Source of the DNA: Candidatus Latescibacterota bacterium | GTDB lineage: Bacteria; Latescibacterota; UBA2968; GCA-2709665 | Direction of reading: 5' to 3' | Assembly (NCBI GenBank): GCA_965226795.1 | Contig: CBDDDZ010000005.1 | Coordinates: forward strand, 448,001-512,000 | DNA length: 64,000 bases | In this document: piece after piece, positions 39,927-51,082 of the stretch | How the letters are laid out: the number at the start of each line of letters is the position of its first letter | Position numbering within the stretch: position 1 is the first letter of the stretch | Position numbers and translations under genes: made by a program | Notes under the pieces: generated by a model | Databases searched by the model: none | The model's input: the letters and a program-made list of their open reading frames with translations, nothing else | What the model was told of the DNA's origin: nothing

Positions 39927-41303
39927 TCATTCCTCGGTTTGAACAAGCGGTCCGCCTACGTGCTGTTCCAACTGAGCCAATTCAATCTGATATTGGAATC
40001 TTTCCTGCACGAGCTGATTTCGGGCCGCAAAGAGCTGGAGTTGTGCATTCTGGCGTTCGAGGAAAGTGCCGCCGCCCAGTTTGTAGCGCTGGTCCTGAAG
40101 CCTGAAAGCTTCTTCGGCGGCTTTAACGGCCGCTTCGTTGGCGGTGATGCTCCGGCGAAGCCTTTCGAGGTTCAGGAACGACAGCTTGATGTCCATCGCT
40201 CTCTGACGTTTCGCCTGGTCGAGTTGATCCCGGCTCCTCAGATACTCCAGCTTCTGGATCTTGATGTTATTTTCTGTAGTCAGCTTGTTGAAAATCGGCA
40301 GGCTGACGTTGATGCTCGCGCTGTAGGAGTAGTTCTTGACGAAGAGGTCTTCCACGCCCGCGAAATTCTCGCCCCGGTTCAATTGCCAGCCGTACCCTCC
40401 GCTACCCGATATCGTCGGGAAGCGTACGCCGTATTTTGTGGCTCTCAGCTGATCCCTGCTTGCAAGCATTCTGTGTTTTTGCGCCAGTATTTGTGGATTT
40501 CCCTTTAGTGCCCGTTCCACCGACTCCTGGTAGGTGATGGGCGGGGGCGTAATTGAAAACGTCTTCTCGGTCGGATAAATGTTCACGTCGGGACTGAGTC
40601 CGAGTGAGAACGCGAGCTCTGCGCGAGCGATGGCAACGTCGTTTTCCCTGCCGATAAGTGCGACGCGATCGCCCGCCAGTTGAGATTCGGCGCTAAAGAC
40701 GTCGGAGATGGCGGAAGAGCCGATCTCATACAGCGTATTTTCTCGGCGCAGGCTCTCTTCCGATACGCTGACCTGCTCTTTCGCCAGTTCCAGTTGCTCG
40801 TTTCTCTGGAGAAGGGTAAAATATCGCCCCTTCACCTGAAGAATGGTCTGCTGCCGGGTGCCGGAAAGATCCATCTCCGCCGCCCGCGCAGTCTTCTTGC
40901 TGGCCGACAGATTCGCGAAGTCGGCGGCGTTGAAGATGGTAAAGCTCAGGCTCGACCCCACCGATTGGGACCCGCCCACCCGGTCCTCGCCCAGGGTGGT
41001 GATGATTGTCTGCGTTGTCTGATCGAAAATGGCGCCTTCCCGGGGGCCGGTGATACTTCTGGAAATGCGGTAGCTGCTGCCCAGCGTTGGCAGAAACGCG
41101 TTTCGATTGTTGTCGATCCGGGCGACAGCGACCTCCCGCGAGAAGCGGGCCTGGGTAATTGCCGTGTTGTTGCCCAGCGCAATTTCGATGCATTCGGTGA
41201 GGCTGAGGTGCATTTCTCTGGATGCCTCCTCCTCGGCCGAGACCGGCGAAGAAATGACCGCGGCAATGGTGACCAGCAGCGCGGTTCTCAGCACACGTGA
41301 CAT
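39927..41303 (-). CDS. TolC-family outer membrane efflux protein
   Basis: LSLTECIEIALGNN, FLPTL, YF.LL, VSLPIF, RYKLG..TFLE; AGGAG RBS before ATG 41303. Confidence 0.88.
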   Translation of the reverse strand: MSRVLRTALLVTIAAVISSPVSAEEEASREMHLSLTECIEIALGNNTAITQARFSREVAVARIDNNRNAFLPTLGSSYRISRSITGPREGAIFDQTTQTIITTLGEDRVGGSQSVGSSLSFTIFNAADFANLSASKKTARAAEMDLSGTRQQTILQVKGRYFTLLQRNEQLELAKEQVSVSEESLRRENTLYEIGSSAISDVFSAESQLAGDRVALIGRENDVAIARAELAFSLGLSPDVNIYPTEKTFSITPPPITYQESVERALKGNPQILAQKHRMLASRDQLRATKYGVRFPTISGSGGYGWQLNRGENFAGVEDLFVKNYSYSASINVSLPIFNKLTTENNIKIQKLEYLRSRDQLDQAKRQRAMDIKLSFLNLERLRRSITANEAAVKAAEEAFRLQDQRYKLGGGTFLERQNAQLQLFAARNQLVQERFQYQIELAQLEQHVGGPLVQTEE

Positions 41304-41781
41304 ACAGGGCGCTCCTAAATTCATCTCTTCACAGCCCTTTCGATGTCCTGGAAAAGGCGGAATCATTGCGTTGTTTTAGACTGGTTTGTACCTGTTCAGG
41401 TCCATTCCCGGTGAGTTCGATCCGGGGGGATTGTCGGGCTTGGGTGAACAATTCCTTTCCGACCTTCCTGGCCTGGACCGAAAAACACGGCCGGCCTGGT
41501 CGACATTTCAGAATGGCGGTCAGGCCTGCAGGATGCCGGTCATTCAATTAGACAACCCAAAACGAAAAAAGTTACCGGTAAATCGCTTCCCGCCGGGGAT
41601 GACGAACTACAAAGTAAACAGAATTCAGGCGAAAAGGAAAGCGAAAACTTCCGTGTATGCAGACTCTGAATTGACGCAGTGGTTCCGAATCGGCGTGAAC
41701 GCGGCGGGTTTCTGCGGGCTCTATGGGTCGTGCCGGTGAGTTGGCATCTGTTTCCCGCCCGCCAGGTTCTGACTCCAGGCG

Positions 41782-44700
41782 TCAATCCCCTCGATCAAGG
41801 AGGGAATAGACAGTCGGGATGACGACAAGTGTGAGCGCGGTTGAACTGATAAGGCCGGCAACCACGGTGATGGCCATAGGAGTTCGAATCTCGGAGCCTT
41901 CGCCCAGACCCAGAGCCATGGGCAAGAGTCCCAGGACGGTTGTTGCGGTCGTCATCAGGATCGGGCGCAACCGCACCGAGCCGGCCTGTACGATCGCGTC
42001 GGCCTTGGACAGGCCGTTGGCGCGCAGATGGTTGATGTAGTCGACAAAAACGATGGCGTTGTTGACGACAATTCCGGCCAGCATGATCAGACCCAGGAAA
42101 ACCACGACGCTGAACGAGATGCCGGTAACAAAGAGGGTGAAAAGAACGCCGATCAGCGCCAGAGGAATCGTGAAAATGATGACAAAGGGATGGACAAAGG
42201 ATTCAAACTGGGAGGCCATGACGATGTAAACCAGAAAGACTGCCAGGCACAGAGCGAAGATCAGGCTTTGCAGCGAGGTCTGCATCTCGCGGTTCTGGCC
42301 GCCGATGACAAAGGATACGTCTGCAGGAATGTCGATTTCCTCCAGGGCCTGCTGGATCAGCCCGGTTGCGGTTCCCAGATCGATACCGGCGATGTTGGCC
42401 GATATAAGCACCGCGCGTTGCTGGTCGATGCGGCGGATCTCGCTGGGGCCCTCCCGTACCTGTATTTCGGCGACGGCGGAAAGGTAGATGGGGGCCTCAC
42501 CGTCGGGGTTGACCACCAGGCGTTTCAGATCGGACACGCCGGATCGATCGGCTTCGTCTACGCGAACCAGAACATCGATGCGGCGGTCGGCCTCCCGGAA
42601 CCGGGTGACCACGTCACCCTGCACTTTTTCTCGAACCAGAGTGGCTACGCTTCGAAGATTGAGGCCATAGTTGGCCAGCAGGTCCCGGTGATAGACAATC
42701 TGTACTTCCGGGCTCCCGCGCTGGAGACTGGATTTAACATCGTATAACCCCGGGATTCCGGAAAGGGCGCGTTCCACGTTACGTCCCAGTTCTGCGAGGC
42801 TGCCCAGGTCGTAGCCTCGTATTTCCAACTCTACCGGCGTCTTGAAAGTAAACAGGGCCGGGCGTGAAAAGTTGACCGTGACCTGTGGGAAATCGCCAAG
42901 ACTGTCCCGTAGCCTGGACATGAGATCCGACTCTCGTTTCGCCAGCATCGTATTGCCGGAAATGCCCGCCCAGACTCTCTTCGGTAACGTGCTGAAGTCC
43001 TGCCAGAGCCGGTGCAGGTCGTCGGCGTCGTTTGCAGTCTCGTCGGAGACAACGATCGTGACCCTCGAGGTATGTTCTCCCTGGTGTGAACTGGAAATCG
43101 AGGTCTTGTCCACGCCCACGACAGTTGCGATGCGTGCAACGCCACGTTCTTTCAGGACCCTCGACTCGACGTCGGCTACGGTCTTCTCGGTGTGTTCCAG
43201 GGGCGTACCCACCGGCATGGCGAGTTCCAGGTCGAATTCCCCTTGGTGAACGGCCGGGATAAGTTCGCGGCCGATGTGGGGCACCAGGAAGTACCAGCAC
43301 AGAAGGAACGGCAGGGTGGCGATAACGATGATGGCGAGGCGGTTCTGCAGCGCCCAGCGGATCACGGAAGGATAAAACCGGCTGATGGCGCCGAAGCCGA
43401 CTTCGAAGGCGCGAATAACGGGCGTGAGCAGGGGTACGGCGATGGCGGCAAGCAGGGCCACCACCGTCATCCCGACTGGAAAGGTCATCATCAGAGCCAG
43501 GATCAGCAGCTTGCCCAGCAGGGATACCGTCTGAAAGACGAAGTATCGCAGAACGAAGTAGAGAATTCCCAACACGAAGAGCAAGCTCACAAGAAGAACG
43601 CCCGCGAAGGCCGCAGGGACACGCAGAAAAATCGCGAGACTCCGGCCGCGCAACGGCCATTGGCACGTGCGTCTGGCGGCGCCCCAGGTCCATCGCACGA
43701 AGCCGGCGAGTCCAATGCCGAGCATGACCGGGGCGTTGAACACCAGAAGGTCGTGCCAGATGGCGTGTACGATTCCGGATCCGAACAACATCGGGTTCTT
43801 GGACCAGGCGCATACATCCCGCCAAGCATGCGCGGGGTTTTTCCGGATTTTCAGGACAAGGATGGCGACAGGAAAATACAGGGCTGGAGCCAGCATCACG
43901 CAGGCCGCCTTCAGGATGACAATCAGGATCGCAAGCACCACCCAGAGTGTGCGCCAGACGAATTCCGAAACCAGCCAGGACACATAGACGAGGGCCTTGA
44001 ACCCCAGGGCCGGAAGGCGTGTCAGTGACCGATCGCCGGCAAGTTTCCTGAGCCGTGCGAGGGACTTGAATTGCAGTAGTTTCGAGTTGAACATGTCGCT
44101 GACGGACGGGCCCCCGCGTCCGCTTCCGGACCCGGCGATCCGGATCCGGCGAGAAGCCAGCATCGGAATGAAGAAGAGTGCGACAGCGAGTGACGCCACG
44201 AGCGAAAAGACGACGGTAAGGGCCATATCGCCAAAGACCTGGCCGGCCACGCCTTCGACGAAGACAATCGGAAAAAAGACGGCGACGGTGGTTAGCGTGG
44301 AAGCAAAGACAGCGCCGCCTACTTCGCCGGTGCCTCGGACGGCCGCCGTAACGATGTCGTCTCCTTCTTCCCGGCACCGGAAGATGCTCTCCAGTACGAC
44401 AATGGAGTTGTCGACAAGCATGCCGATACCCAGCGCCAGGCCTCCCAGAGACATGATGTTCAAAGAGACGCCAAATATTTTCATTGGAGCAAACGTGGCG
44501 ACGATCGAGATCGGGATAGCCAGGCCTACAATGCCGGTATGTGTGGGATTTCGCAGGAAGACGTAAAGCACCAGGATGGCGAGAATGCCCCCTATGATGG
44601 CTGTCTGCTTGACTTCGTCGACTGATCGTTTGATGAATTGTGACTGGTCCGACAGTACTTCCACCTGCAGTCCTTCCGGCAGTGAAAATGCGATAAAGCC

Positions 44701-45783
44701 GGTCATTTCCCGGAGTTGGATAAACTGCCGCACCTGGGAGGCGCGGTCCGGGGCCTTGGCCGGTTTGATTTCTCCGGCCTTGAGTCGTTGCACGTAGGCC
44801 AGCTGCTCGGGCGTGCCGAACAATCGATCCCTGATCCGCTGCGCGGTGGCGACGATATTTGCATCGGCCTCTTTGAAGATTTCGATTTCCACGCTCTCCA
44901 CGCCATTGACACGGGTGATGATCTCGCGGTCTTTATGGCTGCGGACAACTGCGCTGACGTCTTTAAGCCGGATGTCCGCGCCGTTTTTCTGTCCGATGAC
45001 GAGATTGCGTATTTCGTCGACCGTCCTGAATTCGTTCAGCGTACGAACCATGTACTGGGTCTGCCCGTCCAACAGACTGCCGCCGGCAAGGTTGACGTTC
45101 TCTTCGCCGAGACGACGGTTGATGTCGCCAATGCCGAGCCCCATCAGGGTGAGTTGCCGTTCGTTGATTCCGACACGGATTTCTTCTTCCATGCCGCCAT
45201 GCACCCGGGCCGCGGCCACCCCTTTCATTGCCTCCAGCGCCTGCTTGATTTCTTCTTCGGCAATAAGCCGGAGCGTATATAGATCGGCATCGCCGTAGAG
45301 ACCGATGCGCATTATGGGATCCTGCGTGGGATCGTAACGCAATATGAGCGGTTTGTTGACGCCCCGGGGCAGGTTCAGCCGGTCCAGATTTTCCCGCACT
45401 GTCTGTACCGCGTCGTTCATATCCGTGTCCCAGCCGAATTCCAGGATGACGTCCGACATCCCCGCCCTGGAAATGGAGACGATGCTGGCCAGATTGTTGA
45501 CAACCCCCAGCCGCTGTTCTATTCGCCTGGAGATCAGGTTTTCGACTTCCTCGGGCGCAGTATCGGGATAGTCCGTGCGGATCGTGAGGGTGGGGTAGGA
45601 AATGTCCGGCATCAGGGTGAGCGGTAGCTGCTGGTAGGAAATGTAGCCGAAGACCGCGATGGCGAGGACGACCATAAAAATGGCCACCGGCCTGCGGGTG
45701 GTTATTTCGAAAGTGCGGGAGATCTGCGTCCTGGCGCGGGAAAGGGAATTTTGTGAAGCGGCGCCTGTGGAATCGTCATCCAT
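41782..45783 (-). CDS. RND efflux permease (AcrB/SwrC-like) with large insertion
   Basis: RRPVA, PDISYP, APEEVE, LNIMSLGGLALGIGMLVDNSIVVLE, ASTLTT, SQFES..HP, GIVVNNAIV, RLRPILMTT. Confidence 0.93.
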   Translation of the reverse strand: MDDDSTGAASQNSLSRARTQISRTFEITTRRPVAIFMVVLAIAVFGYISYQQLPLTLMPDISYPTLTIRTDYPDTAPEEVENLISRRIEQRLGVVNNLASIVSISRAGMSDVILEFGWDTDMNDAVQTVRENLDRLNLPRGVNKPLILRYDPTQDPIMRIGLYGDADLYTLRLIAEEEIKQALEAMKGVAAARVHGGMEEEIRVGINERQLTLMGLGIGDINRRLGEENVNLAGGSLLDGQTQYMVRTLNEFRTVDEIRNLVIGQKNGADIRLKDVSAVVRSHKDREIITRVNGVESVEIEIFKEADANIVATAQRIRDRLFGTPEQLAYVQRLKAGEIKPAKAPDRASQVRQFIQLREMTGFIAFSLPEGLQVEVLSDQSQFIKRSVDEVKQTAIIGGILAILVLYVFLRNPTHTGIVGLAIPISIVATFAPMKIFGVSLNIMSLGGLALGIGMLVDNSIVVLESIFRCREEGDDIVTAAVRGTGEVGGAVFASTLTTVAVFFPIVFVEGVAGQVFGDMALTVVFSLVASLAVALFFIPMLASRRIRIAGSGSGRGGPSVSDMFNSKLLQFKSLARLRKLAGDRSLTRLPALGFKALVYVSWLVSEFVWRTLWVVLAILIVILKAACVMLAPALYFPVAILVLKIRKNPAHAWRDVCAWSKNPMLFGSGIVHAIWHDLLVFNAPVMLGIGLAGFVRWTWGAARRTCQWPLRGRSLAIFLRVPAAFAGVLLVSLLFVLGILYFVLRYFVFQTVSLLGKLLILALMMTFPVGMTVVALLAAIAVPLLTPVIRAFEVGFGAISRFYPSVIRWALQNRLAIIVIATLPFLLCWYFLVPHIGRELIPAVHQGEFDLELAMPVGTPLEHTEKTVADVESRVLKERGVARIATVVGVDKTSISSSHQGEHTSRVTIVVSDETANDADDLHRLWQDFSTLPKRVWAGISGNTMLAKRESDLMSRLRDSLGDFPQVTVNFSRPALFTFKTPVELEIRGYDLGSLAELGRNVERALSGIPGLYDVKSSLQRGSPEVQIVYHRDLLANYGLNLRSVATLVREKVQGDVVTRFREADRRIDVLVRVDEADRSGVSDLKRLVVNPDGEAPIYLSAVAEIQVREGPSEIRRIDQQRAVLISANIAGIDLGTATGLIQQALEEIDIPADVSFVIGGQNREMQTSLQSLIFALCLAVFLVYIVMASQFESFVHPFVIIFTIPLALIGVLFTLFVTGISFSVVVFLGLIMLAGIVVNNAIVFVDYINHLRANGLSKADAIVQAGSVRLRPILMTTATTVLGLLPMALGLGEGSEIRTPMAITVVAGLISSTALTLVVIPTVYSLLDRGD

Positions 45784-45858
45784 TTTTTCGTGAGTCCTCA
45801 ATCAGCCGCATCGACGCACGACGGACGCACCGCCGCCGTTGTTGAGCCGGGGTGCGCC

Positions 45859-47052
45859 CTATTCCAGGGATTCCTGGGGTTTTTGCTCCGTGGTATCCGG
45901 TTTGGCCGGAATACGCAGGCCCTTGCCCTCAATCACCCTGACTCTGGCCAGGTCCTTGAGGCCATTCTGGCCCACAACCACGATGCTGTCCCCCTGCGAG
46001 ACGCCGCTGAGAACTTCCAGGTTTTCGGTGTCTTCAAACCCCACGTCGAGCTGAATTTTACGTGCGGTGCTGTCCTGAACCACGAACACATGAGGATGCC
46101 CGTCATCGTAGACGATGGCGCGTTTGGGCACCAGCAAGGCCTGTTCGTGGGTGGCGGTAACGATATACGTCGTGACGAACATCCCTGGACGCAAGCCGCC
46201 GTCGGCGTCGTCAATAGCCAGCGTTACCCCGACGGTGCCGCTGCTCGGATCGATAACCGGACTGATGCGAATAATGCGGCCGGGAAAATTGACGTCGGGA
46301 AGAAGATTCGTGGTAATTCGGGCCGTCTGTCCGACCGAGATGTTGCGCAGTTCCCCGCCGGGTACGTGCGCTCTGGAAATCAGGCTGCGCATGTTGACCA
46401 GAACGTAAAGTTTGGAGGTCGGACCGATCCGATCGCCTAGTCTGACAGTCCGTTCCGCCACGACCCCTGCTATCGGAGATCGAACCAGTGCATGATCCAG
46501 GCTTAACTGGGCGCGTTGCCACTGTATTTTGGCGTGTTCCAGGTCGAATTCGTCACTTTCGTAGTCTTTTTTGGAAAGCAGGTTCTTGGAATAGATTTCC
46601 TTGCGGCGTTTGAAGTTGCTCTCCAATTTGAGGTATGTAATCTTGGCTTCCGCTTCGGAGAGCTTGAGTTCGTGGTCGACAAGGTGGACGAGAACCTGAT
46701 CCGCTTCGACCCAATCGCCCTCTTCGGCCAGCACGCGTTTGACGAGCCCCGTTCCGTGAGCGTAAACGTCCACGGTCTCTTCGGCCTCGACCTTGGCACT
46801 GTATTGCAGGTATGAGGAAATTGCCCCTTGTTCAATGCGATGGACCTTTACAGCTACGCCCTCCGGCGTTTTTTTCGTTTTTGCAACTTTGGCCGTGTCT
46901 ACCGCCGTCGAGTCTGCCTTTATAGAATCGGCCGCGGCTTCGGTATTACTCTGTCCCTTGGTTTTTTTTTCGCCACCACACCCCGTGAGTGCGCAGGAGG
47001 CGAAAACCGCGGCCATTACAAAAAAACACTTGGAAATTCGAATTTCCGTCAT
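45859..47052 (-). CDS. RND periplasmic adaptor (membrane fusion protein), lipoprotein
   Basis: LTGC lipobox, G.V..V.AEEGD.V, RSPIAGVV, ISPVIDP.SGT, LRPGMF, VPKRA. Confidence 0.92.
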   Translation of the reverse strand: MTEIRISKCFFVMAAVFASCALTGCGGEKKTKGQSNTEAAADSIKADSTAVDTAKVAKTKKTPEGVAVKVHRIEQGAISSYLQYSAKVEAEETVDVYAHGTGLVKRVLAEEGDWVEADQVLVHLVDHELKLSEAEAKITYLKLESNFKRRKEIYSKNLLSKKDYESDEFDLEHAKIQWQRAQLSLDHALVRSPIAGVVAERTVRLGDRIGPTSKLYVLVNMRSLISRAHVPGGELRNISVGQTARITTNLLPDVNFPGRIIRISPVIDPSSGTVGVTLAIDDADGGLRPGMFVTTYIVTATHEQALLVPKRAIVYDDGHPHVFVVQDSTARKIQLDVGFEDTENLEVLSGVSQGDSIVVVGQNGLKDLARVRVIEGKGLRIPAKPDTTEQKPQESLE

Positions 47053-47415
47053 CCGTACATCCTTCTGGGCGGTTTGTAGTCTTCTCCCACAGCAAGTGGA
47101 AATGAGGACCTCGTCCGGCGGGAACCTGGTCTATTTCGCCACCCATTCAGGCGATGCCGGGGTGGCTTGAAATTTCCCCCAGTCTTTGACTCCCCAGATA
47201 GGCCGGATGTTTCGCAAAAAAGCCGCTGGGCCGTCATTTATTCGACGGCCCAGGCGGGCGGGGTTCCGTATATCTGTCTGGTGCCGGGAAGGTCGGGCCG
47301 TGCACTTCATACGTTTGCTCGCCCGGGCTATCCTGTTTTTTGTTCGGACGATGCCAAGATCCGTGGGATTCCGGCTTGCGTGGGATTGGGGTGCAACGGA
47401 CGAATGCCCGATAAA

Positions 47416-48246
47416 CTATCCTTCCACTGCCTCTCTGACTCTTGACGCAATTTCGACGTAACACCGGGAGATTGGGGATTCAGGGTCGGCGGCCGTAATC
47501 GGTGTGCCGGTATCTCCGCCTCTACGTATCCGCAGGTCCAGAGGGATTTCGCCGAGAAGCGGCACGTTGTATTCAGCAGCCATTTTTCTTCCGCCGCCCT
47601 TCCCGAAGATATCGGTTTGTGTATTGCAGGTGCCGCAGATGTAAACGCTCATATTTTCGACGATACCAAGAACAGGTACGTCAACCGTGTTGAACATCTG
47701 AATGCCGCGACGCACGTCCTCCAGTGCCACGGCTTGCGGTGTTGTGACAATGACGGCGCCGTCCAGGCGCGCGGATTGAACCAGGGTAAGCTGGACGTCG
47801 CCGGTTCCAGGCGGCAGATCGATTACGAGAAAGTCCAGAGGCGCCCAGGCAACGCCCCGAAGGAACTGTATCACCATTTTGGCCAACATCGGACCACGCC
47901 AGATCACCGGGGCACCGGCTTCTGTAATGAAACCGAGGGAGATCATCTTGACATTGTGACGTTCAAGGGGGACAATCCCGCCGTTCGGTTCCGTGTCAGG
48001 TGTTTCGTTTACGCCCATCATGATTGGAACGTTGGGACCGTAGATGTCCGCATCCATGAGACCCACCGCGGCGCCCTGCCGCGCGAGCGCTACGCAAAGA
48101 TTGGCGGCGGTGGTGGATTTTCCCACACCGCCCTTGCCGCTTGCTACGGCGATCAGGTGCTTGACACCGGGAATCGGCGCGGGTCGGGGCACGGTCGCAT
48201 GCGTATTCAAAAGGGGCCTCCTCCGTACGGTACGCGAGTGATACAT
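47416..48246 (-). CDS. mrp: Mrp/ApbC Fe-S cluster carrier ATPase (start uncertain)
   Basis: ASGKGGVGKST, DADIYGP, WRGPM, DLPPGTGD, VTTPQ, ENMS..CGTC. Confidence 0.93.
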   Translation of the reverse strand: MYHSRTVRRRPLLNTHATVPRPAPIPGVKHLIAVASGKGGVGKSTTAANLCVALARQGAAVGLMDADIYGPNVPIMMGVNETPDTEPNGGIVPLERHNVKMISLGFITEAGAPVIWRGPMLAKMVIQFLRGVAWAPLDFLVIDLPPGTGDVQLTLVQSARLDGAVIVTTPQAVALEDVRRGIQMFNTVDVPVLGIVENMSVYICGTCNTQTDIFGKGGGRKMAAEYNVPLLGEIPLDLRIRRGGDTGTPITAADPESPISRCYVEIASRVREAVEG

Positions 48247-49380
48247 TCAGGCCCGCGTTTTCCGGCAGTTTCGAATACAGTCGGCCAGAATTGGGATACC
48301 CTTACGGATATCGTCGTGTGTTGCAAAACCGAACGCGAGTCTGATGTAAGGTACGTCCATATTGTACACGTGGAAGGCTTTGCCGGACGCGTAGTCGACG
48401 CCCATTGACTCCGCGAGCTTCTCGCAGGCGACTGTGTCGGTGGCGTCGGGCAGCTTGACCCAGATGAAGAGACCGCCCTTGGGCCGGCTGAACCACTCGA
48501 AGGCGTCAGGGAAACGCGAGAGCGTGTCAAACATAAGATCGCGTTTTTCCCTGACGATCGTGTTGATTCTGTCCACGTGCGACCAGAGTTCCTCTCTGAA
48601 ATATTCGTAGACGATGGCTGCGCTGAGCGTGCTTGTGCCTCCGTCTCGCCGATACTGAAGAATCCGGTCGAGCAGATGTCGAGGCGCCGCGAGATAGCCC
48701 AGTCGGATTCCTGGCCCCAGGATTTTCGACAGGGATTCGATGTGGATCACCGGCGTATCGTGCTCGAGCGTCCACAGGGCGGGTTCGTGGTCGTCTTCGT
48801 AAGCAGTGTCGGCGTAACAGTGGTCTTCAACCACCGGTATTCCGAAACGGCCTGCTATGGCCAGCAGTTCCCGGCGCCGGTCGAGCGGCATGATTGAACC
48901 CGTCGGGTTCTGGTAGGTTGCCAGGGTGTAGATGAATTTCGGTTTTCTGTCCCGGGAAACCAGTCGGTCCAGCGTTCCTTCAAGGGCGTCCATCCGCATG
49001 CCGTACTCGTCCAACGGGATGCCGACGAGTTCTGCCTTTTCTTTGCGATAGGCGCCAAGGGTACCCGAGTAGGAGTATTCCTCGAGCACAATCACGTCGC
49101 CGGGCGACTCGACGAATACCTGCGCCATCAGCGTAACCGCCTGCATTGAGCCCGTGGTTAGGACAATCTGATCGACGGGCAGGGCAACGCCTTCACGGTG
49201 CGCGAACCTCTGGGACATCAGTTTCCTGAGCGGTTCGTACCCCAGCGAACCGGGATAACACGCCAGCTCATCACCCATCTCCGGCAGAATGCGCATGGCG
49301 GCTTCCGCGAGGCCTCGGTTGGGGAAGGATGCAGGGTCGGGACGGCCGCTACCAAATGGAAATGTCTTCACTCTGGACAC
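48247..49380 (-). CDS. Class I PLP-dependent aminotransferase (LysN/MocR-like, no HTH)
   Basis: G.PDP..FP, LTTGS.QA, YQNPTG, VEDHCY, SLSKILGPGIRLG, PKGGLFIW, IRLAF. Confidence 0.88.
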   Translation of the reverse strand: MSRVKTFPFGSGRPDPASFPNRGLAEAAMRILPEMGDELACYPGSLGYEPLRKLMSQRFAHREGVALPVDQIVLTTGSMQAVTLMAQVFVESPGDVIVLEEYSYSGTLGAYRKEKAELVGIPLDEYGMRMDALEGTLDRLVSRDRKPKFIYTLATYQNPTGSIMPLDRRRELLAIAGRFGIPVVEDHCYADTAYEDDHEPALWTLEHDTPVIHIESLSKILGPGIRLGYLAAPRHLLDRILQYRRDGGTSTLSAAIVYEYFREELWSHVDRINTIVREKRDLMFDTLSRFPDAFEWFSRPKGGLFIWVKLPDATDTVACEKLAESMGVDYASGKAFHVYNMDVPYIRLAFGFATHDDIRKGIPILADCIRNCRKTRA

Positions 49381-49492
49381 ATATCCTTATTTTACAGGTA
49401 TTTGTTGTTTTTTTTAAATGCACAGGACGCCCCGGCAACCCTCGGTCGCCGCCAGCCCTTTCCGGATCGAGCGAAGGGTGCGCTCGGACGCG

Positions 49493-51082
49493 TCAAATCC
49501 CTTTCTCATTGCCCCGGATTCTGGGATCGAGCGTTGCGAGAAGTTCGTCGTCCTCGGTGATTTCGATGGCCCTGACGTTTGCGGCCGCGCTGCCCTTGCC
49601 AATTGTGTATTTGACTTCCGACTTCAGGTAGTTGGGTGCGATTTCCCCGAACCCTTCTTCCAGTGCGACCCATTCGTTGCCTTCGGAGTGCACTCTGGGC
49701 GCGCTGACCGCCCAGTCAAGGTCCTCTTCCAGCACCAGTCGGCGTGTGAGCACCTGAAACAGGGAGGATGGGATGCGGGTGCCACCCGACGCGCCGAGTG
49801 TCATCATCGGTTCGCCGTCGCTAAGGATGAGAATGGGGCACATGTTGTTGACAGGCGACTTGCCCGCGTCCACCGAGTTGGGCAGACCGGAGCCCGGGTC
49901 GAAGCGGGACATGCCTGCATTCATGATCAGTCCCATTCTGGGGACGGTGACAAATGAGCCGAAACCGGGCCCGTGGGTCAGGGTAAGTGAAGCCATATTG
50001 CGGTCGCGGTCTACGACGGAGATGTGGGTCGTGCCGCCGTACGAAAGCGGGCGTAACAGCGCCTGCCCGCGCGTGCCTTTCGAAACGTGATCGGCGATTT
50101 CACGCCCCGTTGCTCCAATCTGGATGTCGGACGTAAGGGTCTCGAGCGGGACCTTGACAAATCCGGGGTCGCCGAAATACCTGTAGCGGTCCAGCCAGGC
50201 GGAGCGGATGGTTTCAGTCATGCCGTGGGCGAGACGTGCGGCGTCGCGGGCCCACAGGTCCAGCTCGGCCATCTCGGCAACGCGACACATCTGAAGTACG
50301 GTGAGACCGCTGGAACAAAGGGGAGCGGTGTAAAGATCGTAACCAAGACACGAGGCGTGGACAGGTTCAACGTGGCGGGCCTGGAAGTCCGCGAAGTCTT
50401 CTTCCGTCAATATCCCGCCGTTTTCCTGGATGTATTTGACGATTCTCCCCGCGATTCTTCCCCGGTAGAACTCATCGATGCCTTTCTCGGCGACCTGTTC
50501 GAGGATGCGCCCGAGATTGGGATTGGCTGCCCTGTCCCTGGTGGTTGGCGGCGAACCGTCGACCACCAGAAGCCGTGCGGTGTCCTGAAACATGCCGATG
50601 CGTTTTTCGTTCGCTCCCACGGCATCCGCGTACTCGGGTGAAACCCGAAAGCCGTTCTTGCAGGCCCGAATGGCCGGAACAAGCGCCTGATCCAGTGATA
50701 TTTTCCCATATTTTTCAAGTGCCGCAGCCAGGCCGGCGAGTACGCCGGGGACGGAGATCGCGAGACAGCCGATCTCGTTGGCCCGACTCCTGACCAACGA
50801 CCCGAAGCGTCCGTCGGAGCGGACAACCTGGAACATCCTGCTTGTGGCGGCCTTCGGCGCCACCGTGTTGAAGTCGATGCAGCCGATTTCCCCGTTCATA
50901 TATACCATGAGGGCGCCACCGTAGCCGCCGATTCCCGTGTGGTGCGGTGTGACCACGCAGGCGAGCAGGGCGGCCGTGACGGCAGCATCAACAGCATTGC
51001 CTCCTTTTTTCAATATGTTGACGGCTGCGGCGTCGGCTTCGGGCTGGCCGACGACAGCGGCCTCCTCAAACGTGGCTGACAC
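49493..51082 (-). CDS. ggt: Gamma-glutamyltransferase
   Basis: GGNAVDAAV, GIGGYG, VPG, FYRG.IA, TTHISVVD (nucleophile Thr), GASGG.RI, APRVH. Confidence 0.9.
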   Translation of the reverse strand: MSATFEEAAVVGQPEADAAAVNILKKGGNAVDAAVTAALLACVVTPHHTGIGGYGGALMVYMNGEIGCIDFNTVAPKAATSRMFQVVRSDGRFGSLVRSRANEIGCLAISVPGVLAGLAAALEKYGKISLDQALVPAIRACKNGFRVSPEYADAVGANEKRIGMFQDTARLLVVDGSPPTTRDRAANPNLGRILEQVAEKGIDEFYRGRIAGRIVKYIQENGGILTEEDFADFQARHVEPVHASCLGYDLYTAPLCSSGLTVLQMCRVAEMAELDLWARDAARLAHGMTETIRSAWLDRYRYFGDPGFVKVPLETLTSDIQIGATGREIADHVSKGTRGQALLRPLSYGGTTHISVVDRDRNMASLTLTHGPGFGSFVTVPRMGLIMNAGMSRFDPGSGLPNSVDAGKSPVNNMCPILILSDGEPMMTLGASGGTRIPSSLFQVLTRRLVLEEDLDWAVSAPRVHSEGNEWVALEEGFGEIAPNYLKSEVKYTIGKGSAAANVRAIEITEDDELLATLDPRIRGNEKGI

